A stretch of 36,752 nt of DNA, taken from positions 1 through 36,752 of the forward strand of contig DAOWJR010000067.1 of NCBI GenBank assembly GCA_030640275.1, written 5' to 3'. A program made the position numbers and the translations under genes. Positions 17,540 to 26,907 of the stretch are shown here, one piece after another. Numbering within the stretch: the stretch's first letter is position 1; every line of letters starts with the position of its first letter. The notes beneath the pieces were generated by a model. The model had not been told where the DNA came from. It saw nothing but the letters and a program-made list of their open reading frames with translations, and did not search any database. Source of the stretch: Actinomycetes bacterium (GTDB lineage: Bacteria > Actinomycetota > Humimicrobiia > JAHJRV01).

Positions 17540-19114
17540 TTGATAAACAGATTTTGGCATATAACAATAATAATACTTTTTTTGGTAATAGTTGCTGGAG
17601 CCTTCTATTTAATCTATCCCCCAAATGAGAAGATAAAGACGGGGCTTGATTTATCAGGTGGAATTCAGATAATTCTATCACCCGAAGAAGAACAATCAGA
17701 AGATTCTATCAGGGAAGCTTTTTTAATAATTAAAGATAGAATTAAAAGGCTTAAAGTAGTTGAATCAAGGGTGACAATGGATGAATCTAATAGGATACTG
17801 GTTCAGTTACCAAAAATTAATAATCTGGAAAGTATTATAAGTGTTATTAAAAATAGAGGTTATCTTGAGCTTAAGATAGTTAAGGGAATAGATGTGGGAT
17901 TGAAATATATTGAAAAAAAAGAGGAAGAATCCCCCAAGGCAGAAGAGGAAACAAAAGATAAGGATAAAGAGACTACAGATGAAGGTGTTAAGATTTCTTC
18001 TGAGGAGATTGAGCAAACTACTTCAAAGATTTTAGATAAACTCAAGGAGCAATTGGGAGAAGAAAATATAAAGTACGAAAAGATAAGTGACTTAGAGTTC
18101 AATCTTGAATTAAAAGGGGCAAATTTACAAAGCACTTATATAGTCATCTTACAATTAACAATGGGGGAAATATCAGAATCGGAAACTATCGAGAGAATAG
18201 AGATAACAAAATATGATCCTATTTATGGTGATGCAGTTGCAATCAGTGGACATTTAAAAGATGTAAAACCAATAACCGCTCAACGTGGGTATCAAGAAAT
18301 AAAAAATTCTGTTATTTTGAATTTGGATAAAGAATTGGAAAAAAGATTTAAAAGTCTACTTGAGCAAAACATTGGAGACGATTTATCAATAGTTTTAGAT
18401 GGAGCTATTAGAACTATTACGGATATCAGTGAGGAAACTATTCCAGCTGAAGAAGCAAATTTAATTTATATACCTAATATAGAAACATTTGAAGAGGCTG
18501 AAAATATTACAACAATGCTACAAACTGGCACTTTACCAATCAATTTTAAAATTGATAACAAAATAGATGTGGGGCCAACTTTAGGGGAAGATATCATATA
18601 TGAATCTTTAATAGCAATATATGTTGGATTTGCATTACTCTTAATATCTATACTGATATATTATAGGGGCTTGGGATTAGTATCAGTAATTAGTTTAGTT
18701 CTGTTTTTAATACTTCTTTTTTCATTGATGACTTTAGCGAAAGTTATGCTTACATTCTCTTCATTTTCCGGTATATTTTTGGCAGTGGGTGTATATGTTT
18801 TTTCAAATATTTCAATATACGAGAAAGTGAAAGAAGAATTAAAAAAAGGTAGATCTATAACAACAAGTATTGATTTTGGTTTTAAGAATTCATTAAATGA
18901 TATTTTTTATATTGATATGTCAATATTTATTATTGCTTTAGTGCTTAATAATTTTGGAACCAAACAAGTAAAAGGATTATTACTTCCTGTAGTTATTGGT
19001 TCTATATTAACAATAATTACTCTGTTCACTTTTACCAGATCCAGTCTTTTATTATCTGCAGGTTTTTTACAAAAATATTCACTAAAGCCATTCTTAAGAA
19101 AAAATGTTAGTTAA
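17540..19114 (+). CDS. secD: Protein translocase subunit SecD (divergent)
   Basis: N-terminal TM segment followed by GLDLSGG, then TGTLP and GPTLGED. The C-terminal 6-TM block reads YYRGLGLVS...YEKVKEELKKGRS. TTG start. Confidence 0.85.
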   Translation: MINRFWHITIIILFLVIVAGAFYLIYPPNEKIKTGLDLSGGIQIILSPEEEQSEDSIREAFLIIKDRIKRLKVVESRVTMDESNRILVQLPKINNLESIISVIKNRGYLELKIVKGIDVGLKYIEKKEEESPKAEEETKDKDKETTDEGVKISSEEIEQTTSKILDKLKEQLGEENIKYEKISDLEFNLELKGANLQSTYIVILQLTMGEISESETIERIEITKYDPIYGDAVAISGHLKDVKPITAQRGYQEIKNSVILNLDKELEKRFKSLLEQNIGDDLSIVLDGAIRTITDISEETIPAEEANLIYIPNIETFEEAENITTMLQTGTLPINFKIDNKIDVGPTLGEDIIYESLIAIYVGFALLLISILIYYRGLGLVSVISLVLFLILLFSLMTLAKVMLTFSSFSGIFLAVGVYVFSNISIYEKVKEELKKGRSITTSIDFGFKNSLNDIFYIDMSIFIIALVLNNFGTKQVKGLLLPVVIGSILTIITLFTFTRSSLLLSAGFLQKYSLKPFLRKNVS

Positions 19115-19150
19115 AGTAGGTTAAAATTTTATATAAGGAGATATAGCAGA

Positions 19151-20011
19151 GTGAATTTTGATTTTATAGCTAAGAAAAGAATATTGTTTATGTTATCAGC
19201 TATTATAATAGTTTTAGGATTGATAAGCTTTTTATTAGGGTGGGGTCTTAATTTTGGAAAAGACTTTAAAGAAGGTATCTTAATTGAGGTAAATTTCAAA
19301 GAATCAATTGAAATAAAAGAGATTAGAAATATACTTAAAAAAAATAATTTTACTGCTGATGTTATTCAATCTATGGATGAAAAAAAGTATCAGATTGAAG
19401 TATTTACGGATGAAGATAAAAAAGATGAGATAAAAAATTTATTTATAGAGACAGGTCCGATAGAAGGTGATATTAAAGTAAATAATATTTTACCTTTTCA
19501 TAGTAAAGACATATTTGTGAAAATATTGTATTTAATTTTGATTGGTACAGTAATGCTATTTCTAATTAGTTTAATTAAGAAAGAATTCATATTAGCATCA
19601 GTCGCTTTTATTACCGCAATTTTTAACTTATTATTAACATTAAGTGTTTTTTCTATATCAGGTAAGAAAATATCGATTACTATGACTATATCAATAATAA
19701 TTACTTTTATTTACTCGGTTGGTCTGATTATAAATATAATCAATAGAATAAGTAAAAATAAACTTCTTATAAAAAGTATTGGTTATAAAAAAATGATAAA
19801 TTTGAGCTTAAAACAAGCATCGGGAGTATCTTTAATTGCTTTAATTGCTGTTCTGATTACACTTATAGGTTTGATAATCTATAGTGAAGGCTTATTTAGA
19901 AATTTGGCTATTTTATTAGCATCTGGTTTTATCGTAATAACATTTTCCTCGATTTTTACTTCTGGTTCTCTCCTGGAAATCTTAAACCAATATTTCTCAA
20001 AGTATAAATAA
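19151..20011 (+). CDS. secF: Protein translocase subunit SecF (divergent)
   Basis: FDFIAKKRILFMLSAIIIVLGLISF...GLNFGKDFKEG N-terminus and a 6-TM architecture. AAGGAG SD and GTG start. Adjacent to secD. Confidence 0.8.
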   Translation: MNFDFIAKKRILFMLSAIIIVLGLISFLLGWGLNFGKDFKEGILIEVNFKESIEIKEIRNILKKNNFTADVIQSMDEKKYQIEVFTDEDKKDEIKNLFIETGPIEGDIKVNNILPFHSKDIFVKILYLILIGTVMLFLISLIKKEFILASVAFITAIFNLLLTLSVFSISGKKISITMTISIIITFIYSVGLIINIINRISKNKLLIKSIGYKKMINLSLKQASGVSLIALIAVLITLIGLIIYSEGLFRNLAILLASGFIVITFSSIFTSGSLLEILNQYFSKYK

Positions 20012-20133
20012 CATTATTTTGTTTAGAACTTAAATCCTTTTTTGAATTTTAGAAATCCCGGTATTAAAATTCAATAATAGTTTTATAATAATTATTTAAT
20101 GCATATTTGTTATTTATTTTGTAAAATAAGATT

Positions 20134-22317
20134 ATGAAAAAATATGTGAAAGAACTGGAAAACTTAATAAAAAAGGTAAAAGAGTATAATCCCAATGCTG
20201 ATCACCAAATAATCACAAAAGCATTTAATTTAGCAAGGGAGAAACATGATGGACAGCTAAGAGAATCTGGTGATCCTTTTATCTCACATCCATTGGGAGT
20301 AGCAGATATAGTCGTAGATTTGAAATTGGATACAACTTCTATCGTTTGCTCCATTCTTCATGACATAATAGAGGATACAGATATTTCACTATCATATGTA
20401 GAGAAAGAGTTTGGCAAAATTGCAGCGATAATAGTGGATGGCTTAACAAAGATAAATAAAATATCATTTGCGACTGTTGAAGAAGAACAAGCTGAAAACT
20501 TAAGAAAGATGATAATAGCTATGTCAGAGGATATAAGAATCATTCTTATAAAGTTGTCTGATAGGCTGCATAATATGAGAACATTATCTGCTCTTTCTTT
20601 AGAAAGACAAAAGATAAAAGCAAAGGAGACAATAGATATCTTCATACCACTTGCGCATCGATTAGGCATATCTCAAGTTCAAAGAGAATTAGAAGATTTA
20701 TCTTTTAAATATTTATATCCAAAGAAGTTCACTGAAATTGTTAGTATGGTTAAACAAAGGCAAAAGTCGAGAGAAAATCAGATAAATCTGACTGTTAAGA
20801 TTTTAAAAGATAAATTAAAGAGTTTTAGTATTGTGGCTGAAATAACTGGAAGAGCAAAGAATTTCTATAGTGTTTTTATGAAAATTACAAAACGTGGAGT
20901 GAATTTTGATGAAATATATGATTTAACAGCAGTTAGAGTAATTGTGAATGATTTAAAAGATTGTTATGGTACTTTAGGCATTATTCATTCATTATGGAAA
21001 CCCATTCCTGGAACCTTTAATGATTATATTGCAAATCCGAAGTTCAATCTTTATCAATCATTACATACTTCTGTTATAGGTCCCGATGGAAAACCTATAG
21101 AGATACAAATTAGAACATGGTCAATGCATAGAACTGCAGAATATGGAATAGCAGCACACTGGAAGTATAAGGAAAAAACAGTAAAAGAGGATAAAGAGTT
21201 TGATGATAGAATGTCATGGTTAAGAGAGATGCTTGAATGGCAGAAGGAACTCTCAGATCCTAAGGATTTTATGGAATCTTTAAAACTTGACCTTTTTCAT
21301 GATGAGGTATTTGTTTTCACTCCAAAGGGGGATGTGGTAAGACTCCCATTGGGTTCTACACCTATCGATTTTGCTTATCATATACATACCGATATTGGTC
21401 ATAGATGCATTGGGGCGATGGTTAATAATAGGATGGTTCCGTTGGAAAGATCCCTTAAAAGCGGGGATATAGTTGAAATATTAACCTCAAAAACTGCTGG
21501 TAAGCCAAGTAGAGATTGGTTAAATGTTGTGAGGACTGTTAAAGCAAAAGGAAAAATAAAACGATGGTTTAGAAAGCAAGAAAGAGAGGAGGATAAAACT
21601 GTTGGAAAAGAGCTTTTAAGTAAAGCTTTAAGGAAACAAGGACTTTCTTTACACGCTGTTAGTCAGGATATACTTTTGAAAATTGCACAAAATCTTGGCT
21701 TTGACAATATAGATGGTTTATTCACACAGATTGGAGCTAAAAAAGTTTCATATATACAGGTTTCAACAAAAATTATAAATGCTATAAAAAAATCGATTGA
21801 GCCTAAGGAGGATAGATTAAAAACTGAGGAAATTATACAGGAAGCACGCGAAAGAGAATATACAAGCTCAGTTGTTGTAAGTGGGATGAATGATTTAATT
21901 GTAAATCTTTCCCATTGTTGTAATCCCGTACCAGGTGATGATATAATCGGCTACATAACTCGAGGAAGAGGAATTAGCGTTCATAGAACAGATTGTACAA
22001 ATATTAAATTTTTATCGAAAGATTCTGAGAGATTTATAGAGGTTATATGGGATTTAACTAAACCATCACTTTTTAAAGTTGAGATAGGCATAGATGCAAT
22101 AGATAGAATTAACCTTTTAAGAGATGTTACAGAAGTAATTTCAAACTATAATCTAAATATAATAAATATAGCTGTTAGAAAAAAAGTAGAAAGGGATATT
22201 ACTATTATATTGACTTTGGAAATTGGAGATGTAATTTTACTTAATAAATTATTGGAGGATTTAAGAAATATTGATTCTATATACGATAGTTATAGAGTTG
22301 TTCCGGGGATGAAGTAA
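20134..22317 (+). CDS. relA: Bifunctional (p)ppGpp synthetase/hydrolase, RelA/SpoT family
   Basis: HD hydrolase motifs (HPLGVADIV, HDIIEDT). Synthetase motifs (GRAKNFYSVFMKI, DLTAVRVIV, YQSLHT). TGS and C-terminal ACT-like regions. Confidence 0.95.
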   Translation: MKKYVKELENLIKKVKEYNPNADHQIITKAFNLAREKHDGQLRESGDPFISHPLGVADIVVDLKLDTTSIVCSILHDIIEDTDISLSYVEKEFGKIAAIIVDGLTKINKISFATVEEEQAENLRKMIIAMSEDIRIILIKLSDRLHNMRTLSALSLERQKIKAKETIDIFIPLAHRLGISQVQRELEDLSFKYLYPKKFTEIVSMVKQRQKSRENQINLTVKILKDKLKSFSIVAEITGRAKNFYSVFMKITKRGVNFDEIYDLTAVRVIVNDLKDCYGTLGIIHSLWKPIPGTFNDYIANPKFNLYQSLHTSVIGPDGKPIEIQIRTWSMHRTAEYGIAAHWKYKEKTVKEDKEFDDRMSWLREMLEWQKELSDPKDFMESLKLDLFHDEVFVFTPKGDVVRLPLGSTPIDFAYHIHTDIGHRCIGAMVNNRMVPLERSLKSGDIVEILTSKTAGKPSRDWLNVVRTVKAKGKIKRWFRKQEREEDKTVGKELLSKALRKQGLSLHAVSQDILLKIAQNLGFDNIDGLFTQIGAKKVSYIQVSTKIINAIKKSIEPKEDRLKTEEIIQEAREREYTSSVVVSGMNDLIVNLSHCCNPVPGDDIIGYITRGRGISVHRTDCTNIKFLSKDSERFIEVIWDLTKPSLFKVEIGIDAIDRINLLRDVTEVISNYNLNIINIAVRKKVERDITIILTLEIGDVILLNKLLEDLRNIDSIYDSYRVVPGMK

Positions 22318-22994
22318 TGCATAGCAATGGAGAAATAATGCATAAATTAGAGATTAAAAAATTTACTTTAGGCTATTTTGCTGTTAATTGTTATATTGCT
22401 TATACTACAGATTCAAAGGAAGCATTAATTATCGATCCTGGTGCAGAACCTCAAAAAATCTTAGATTTTATTAATGAAAAAAAATTAAAAGTTAAATATA
22501 TAATAAATACTCATGGTCATTATGATCATATTGGTGCAAACAATGAAATAAAATCTAAAGTTAATGCACCAATTTGTATACACACTCTGGATAAAGAATT
22601 GCTTCATAGTCCAATGCGTAATTTGTCATTATTAACTGGCAAGTTTTATAAAGTTAATGCAGATAGAGTTATTGAGGAAGATGATGAATTTAAAATAGAT
22701 GATAAGGTATTTAAAATAATACATACACCAGGTCATACTCGAGGTAGTATAAGTATTATGGTCGATGATATTATATTTTGTGGTGATTTAGTTTTTAAAG
22801 ATGGAATTGGTAGAACAGATCTTTTTGGTGGATCTTCAAAGGATCTGGCTTTGTCTATTAAGAATAAAATATTTAGCATTAATGATGAGGTAAAATTATA
22901 TCCAGGTCATGGTCCGGAAACTTCAATTAAAGATTTAAAAGAAAATAACTATATGGTCAATTATATTTTAAAATCAGAATTATCTAACTTTTAA
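22317..22994 (+). CDS. MBL-fold metallo-hydrolase (hydroxyacylglutathione hydrolase-like)
   Basis: Motifs: NTHGHYDHIG, HTPGHTRGS, GDLVFKDGIGRTDL, YPGHGP. The alternative start ATG 22338 has a GGAGA SD. Confidence 0.8.
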   Translation: MHSNGEIMHKLEIKKFTLGYFAVNCYIAYTTDSKEALIIDPGAEPQKILDFINEKKLKVKYIINTHGHYDHIGANNEIKSKVNAPICIHTLDKELLHSPMRNLSLLTGKFYKVNADRVIEEDDEFKIDDKVFKIIHTPGHTRGSISIMVDDIIFCGDLVFKDGIGRTDLFGGSSKDLALSIKNKIFSINDEVKLYPGHGPETSIKDLKENNYMVNYILKSELSNF

Positions 22995-23006
22995 AAGGAG
23001 AAAATT

Positions 23007-24278
23007 TTGAAATTTCAAACACCAAGGGGAACCAGAGATATATTATCCCCTGAAGTTGAATTTAGAAATTATATATTTGAAAAATCTCGCGAGCTTTTTG
23101 AAATTTATGGATTTAAAGAGATAGTAACTCCAACTTTTGAGCGTACAGAAGTATTTACAAAAGGGATAGGAGAAGCCAGTGATATAGTTTCAAAGGAGAT
23201 GTACACATTTAAAGATAGGAAAGGTCGATCTTTGACTCTGAAACCTGAAGGAACAGCTCCAGTAGTGCGTTCATTTATACAAAATAAAATGTATGGTAAA
23301 TCTCTGCCTATAAAGCTTTATTATTGCAGTCAGATGTTTAGATATGAAAAACCTCAAGCAGGTAGAGGTAGAGAATTTTCCCAGGTGGGGGTAGAAATTT
23401 TAGGTACAAGTGACCCTCTTGCAGATATAGAGACTATTGCTTTAGTTATGAATCTATATAAGGAATTGGGAATTGATCAAACTAAACTTATTATAAATAG
23501 TATGGGTTGCAGAAATTGTAGAAAAAATTATTTGCAAGATTTAAACAAATATTTAGAAATAAAAAGCAAAAATCTGTGCGAAAATTGTAATTTCAGGATA
23601 AAAAAGAATCCATTAAGGGTATTTGATTGTAAGGTTGATCAATGTAAGAAAATATTATCTAAGTCTCCAATTTTAAGAGATTACTTATGTAATGAATGTG
23701 AAGATCATTTTAAAAATGTATTAAAGGGATTAGAGAGTTTAAGAATAGAATGGCAGTTAGATAACAGATTGGTAAGAGGATTTGATTATTACACAAAAAC
23801 AGTTTTTGAAGTAACTGCACCTAAATTAGGTGCACAGGATGCTATATGTGGTGGTGGAAGATATGATTATCTTATAGAGGATTATGGAGGTCCTCTAACT
23901 CCTGCTGTTGGAGTAGCAATAGGCATTGACAGAACAGTACTTGTTATGATGAGGATGGGTATAAAACCATTTTCTGAAAAGAATATACAGGTTTTTTTAA
24001 TTGCTTTAAATGATACAGCTAAAAAAAAGGCAATTGTTCTTCTTGATGATTTAAGAAAAAACAAGATTCCATCTGATATGGATTATGGAAATAGAGGTAT
24101 TAAAAGTCAATTCAAGATGGCAGACAGATTAAAAGCAAAATACGCATTAATTTTAGGTGAGGATGAATTAAGAAATAATAAAGTATCATTAAAGGAAATG
24201 GATACAGGAAAACAGTCTATCATCAATTATGATGATGTAATAAATTACATAAAAGAAAAAATAAAAGAGAGTAAATAA
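23007..24278 (+). CDS. hisS: Histidine--tRNA ligase
   Basis: PRGTRD, LKPEGTAPVVR, FRYEKPQAGRGREF, GGGRYD. Cys-rich insertion domain. AAGGAG SD and TTG start. Confidence 0.95.
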   Translation: MKFQTPRGTRDILSPEVEFRNYIFEKSRELFEIYGFKEIVTPTFERTEVFTKGIGEASDIVSKEMYTFKDRKGRSLTLKPEGTAPVVRSFIQNKMYGKSLPIKLYYCSQMFRYEKPQAGRGREFSQVGVEILGTSDPLADIETIALVMNLYKELGIDQTKLIINSMGCRNCRKNYLQDLNKYLEIKSKNLCENCNFRIKKNPLRVFDCKVDQCKKILSKSPILRDYLCNECEDHFKNVLKGLESLRIEWQLDNRLVRGFDYYTKTVFEVTAPKLGAQDAICGGGRYDYLIEDYGGPLTPAVGVAIGIDRTVLVMMRMGIKPFSEKNIQVFLIALNDTAKKKAIVLLDDLRKNKIPSDMDYGNRGIKSQFKMADRLKAKYALILGEDELRNNKVSLKEMDTGKQSIINYDDVINYIKEKIKESK

Positions 24279-26105
24279 ATGGAAAATAAAAAATTCAGGA
24301 TTTCAGATCAGATTTTACATAATTCACCTATAAGAAAAAATAAATATAGGAATATTTGGTGTGGAAATATTTCAAAAAAAGATATTGGTTGTGAGGTTAT
24401 TATAAGTGGCTGGGTTCATAGAAGAAGAGATTTAGGTAATCTCACTTTTATAGATTTAAGGGATAGAACAGGAATAGTTCAGGTGGTATTTGATCCGGAC
24501 ATAAGCGAAGAAGACCATAATTTATCTAAAAAACTAAGATCTGAATTTGTAATTACTATCAAAGGAAAGGTGAGGAAAAGACCGGTTGGCACAATAAATC
24601 CAGAACTCGGAACTGGTGAAATAGAAGTAATAGCAGAAAAACTTAAAATATTGAGTGAATCGAAAACACCACCATTTTTAGTTGAGGATGATACAGAAAT
24701 AGATGAAAAATTAAGATTTAAATATAGATATCTCGATCTTCGAAGACCAGGTGTTATGAATATATTTGTTATTCGAGATCAGATGGCAGTAGCCATTAGA
24801 GAATATTTAAAGGGCCAAGGTTTTATTGAGGTTGAGACTCCCATTCTTGCTAAAAGTACTCCCGAGGGAGCAAGGGACTATTTAGTTCCAAGTAGAATAC
24901 ATAAAGGAAGTTTTTATGCTTTACCTCAATCACCTCAGTTATTTAAGCAAATACTAATGGTTTCAGGATTGGAAAGATATTTTCAAATAACAAGGGTTTT
25001 TAGAGATGAAGACTTGAGAGCAAATAGACAACCAGAATATACCCAGGTAGATATTGAAATGTCTTTTGTGGATGCTGAAGATATTCTTAAAATAAACGAG
25101 GAGATGCTTAAATATGTATTTAAGAAATGTTTTAATATAGAGTTAGTTTTACCTTTTGAAAGAAAAAAATATTTTGATGTAATTGAGAAGTATGGAACAG
25201 ATAAACCAGATATAAGATTTGAAATACCTATAGTGGATATAACTGATGAACTTTTATCTACTGATCTTCAGCTTTTTAAAAATGCTATTGAGAATAAAGC
25301 CAGAATAAAGGGTATAAATGTGAATGATGCTGCTAATTTCTCCAGGAAGAAAATGGATGCTTTCTCAGTAATGGCCAAGGATTTAGGTGCCAAGCAGGTT
25401 GTCTGGATAAAGGTAAGAGAAAGTGGAGAGTTATATTCATCTATTGCAAAATATCTTAAAGATAATGAAAAAAGAGCAATATTGGATAGATTTGAAGCGA
25501 AATCGGGTGATTTAATTATTCTTATAGCTGATTTATCAAATAAAGCAAGTACAATTTTAGGTCAGATAAGATTATATTTAGCAAATGAATTAGATTTGAT
25601 TCCTGAAGATACATATAAATTCTTATGGGTGTATGACTTTCCCTTATTTGAATGGGATGATGATGAAAAAAGATATCAACCGATGCATCATCCTTTTACT
25701 TCACCAACAGAAGAAACCATTGAGTTTATAAAAAATGATCCTTTAAAAGTAAAAGCAAAAGCTTATGACTTGATATTAAATGGAGTAGAAATTGCAAGTG
25801 GTTCTATAAGAATTAATAATAGTAATTTACAGAAAGAGATTTTTAAAGTTTTAGGTCATGATAAAGATAAAGTGGATAGTAACTTCGGATTCTTATTAGA
25901 GGCTTTTCAATATGGTGCTCCACCTCTTGGGGGAATTGCATATGGTTTTGATAGATTTGTTGCTGAGGTATTACAGAAAAAAAATATAAGAGAAGTAATT
26001 GCTTTTTCCAAAACTCTTAGAGCTATATGTCCATTAACTGGTGCACCTGATGAGGTAACTGATGAACAGTTAGAAGAGCTGAATATAGATATAAAGAAAA
26101 AATAA
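24279..26105 (+). CDS. aspS: Aspartate--tRNA ligase
   Basis: FIDLRDRTGIVQVV (OB fold), FRDEDLRANRQPEYTQVD (motif 2), HHPFT, GSIRI, GGIAYGFDR (motif 3). Confidence 0.95.
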   Translation: MENKKFRISDQILHNSPIRKNKYRNIWCGNISKKDIGCEVIISGWVHRRRDLGNLTFIDLRDRTGIVQVVFDPDISEEDHNLSKKLRSEFVITIKGKVRKRPVGTINPELGTGEIEVIAEKLKILSESKTPPFLVEDDTEIDEKLRFKYRYLDLRRPGVMNIFVIRDQMAVAIREYLKGQGFIEVETPILAKSTPEGARDYLVPSRIHKGSFYALPQSPQLFKQILMVSGLERYFQITRVFRDEDLRANRQPEYTQVDIEMSFVDAEDILKINEEMLKYVFKKCFNIELVLPFERKKYFDVIEKYGTDKPDIRFEIPIVDITDELLSTDLQLFKNAIENKARIKGINVNDAANFSRKKMDAFSVMAKDLGAKQVVWIKVRESGELYSSIAKYLKDNEKRAILDRFEAKSGDLIILIADLSNKASTILGQIRLYLANELDLIPEDTYKFLWVYDFPLFEWDDDEKRYQPMHHPFTSPTEETIEFIKNDPLKVKAKAYDLILNGVEIASGSIRINNSNLQKEIFKVLGHDKDKVDSNFGFLLEAFQYGAPPLGGIAYGFDRFVAEVLQKKNIREVIAFSKTLRAICPLTGAPDEVTDEQLEELNIDIKKK

Positions 26106-26128
26106 AAAAATTTATTAAAAATTTTTAT

Positions 26129-26160
26129 TTGAACAAGAAATAGTTATGTGATAATATAAT
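26129..26160 (+). promoter_or_regulatory. Candidate promoter for the 6S RNA
   Basis: TTGAAC (26129..26134), then either TGtGATAAT (26147..26155, extended -10, 15-nt spacer) or TATAAT (26155..26160, 20-nt spacer). Neither spacing is ideal. Confidence 0.35.
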
Positions 26161-26162
26161 CC

Positions 26163-26337
26163 AAGACCTACCTTGTGCGTAGTTTGTTGTCTATTTGAGC
26201 CAACAAATTGACATAGGGAGCTAAATCTTTGGCAATGGAATTGATGCCTCTCAGTGTGGAACAATGAAGTTGTCAAGAAGGCACCCACCTAGTAGAATAG
26301 GTTCAAAGATTGGTAAATTACGGCAAGGTGGGGTTAT
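26163..26337 (+). ncRNA. ssrS: 6S RNA (RNA polymerase-binding regulatory RNA)
   Basis: A ~175-nt GC-enriched intergenic block with a long closing helix: 26167..26175 pairs with 26324..26332, and pairing continues to 26197..26201/26300..26304. Unpaired tracts of ~13 nt on each side form a central bubble. An internal stem (26228..26235/26268..26275) leads to a terminal hairpin. The block ends in a U-run and lies just downstream of aspS. Confidence 0.75.
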
Positions 26338-26492
26338 TTTTTTTAAATATGATTTTTTTACTCCACTGTTTAAAATCCATCTTAATTTTCCTAATAAGAA
26401 AAATAATTATGATATAATCAAAAAAAATTTATATAATTTAATTAATATATTTTCAAACTCAAAAACAATGAAATATTTTATGGAGGGTGAAT

Positions 26493-26855
26493 ATGACTTT
26501 TTCGAATTTTGAAATTGCAATTTTAATAGCTTTTGTAATATTTATTATTATTTCAATAATTTTAACAATAAAGATAGTTATCACACTAAAGTTATTAAGT
26601 AGAATGCTTACTGAATTGAGGAAAGAAATTACACCAAATTTAAGGAAATTAAGTACTATATTAGACAATGTAAATACAGAATTGGATGGTGTTGATAAAA
26701 TAATAAACACAATTTCTAATTTAGTAAATAGAGTTGATTCGACAACTAAATTTGGTCAAGAAATGATTATTTCTCCAATTTCTAAAGCGGCAGGAATTTT
26801 GGCAGGTATACAAAAAGCAGTATCAAAAATGAAAAGTGGAAAGAATAAAGAGTAA
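26493..26855 (+). CDS. DUF948-like membrane-anchored coiled-coil protein
   Basis: GGAGGG SD 5 nt upstream of ATG 26493 (the ORF is open from GTG 26487). One N-terminal TM helix followed by a helical LxxL-rich region typical of DUF948/YtxG-like proteins. Confidence 0.55.
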   Translation: MTFSNFEIAILIAFVIFIIISIILTIKIVITLKLLSRMLTELRKEITPNLRKLSTILDNVNTELDGVDKIINTISNLVNRVDSTTKFGQEMIISPISKAAGILAGIQKAVSKMKSGKNKE

Positions 26856-26907
26856 AAATAAGATTTGTTAGATCTATTTTTTTTAGAATTTTAATTCATA
26901 AAATTAT

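Noticed and set aside
26264-26512. 82-aa ORF on the plus strand
   Set aside because: Its 5' third lies inside the predicted 6S RNA, including the closing helix and U-run. There is no SD, and the remainder is an AT-rich low-complexity tail.
26459-26710. 83-aa ORF on the minus strand
   Set aside because: It is antisense to the DUF948-like gene, which has a strong GGAGGG SD. The composition is hydrophobic, shadow-ORF-like.
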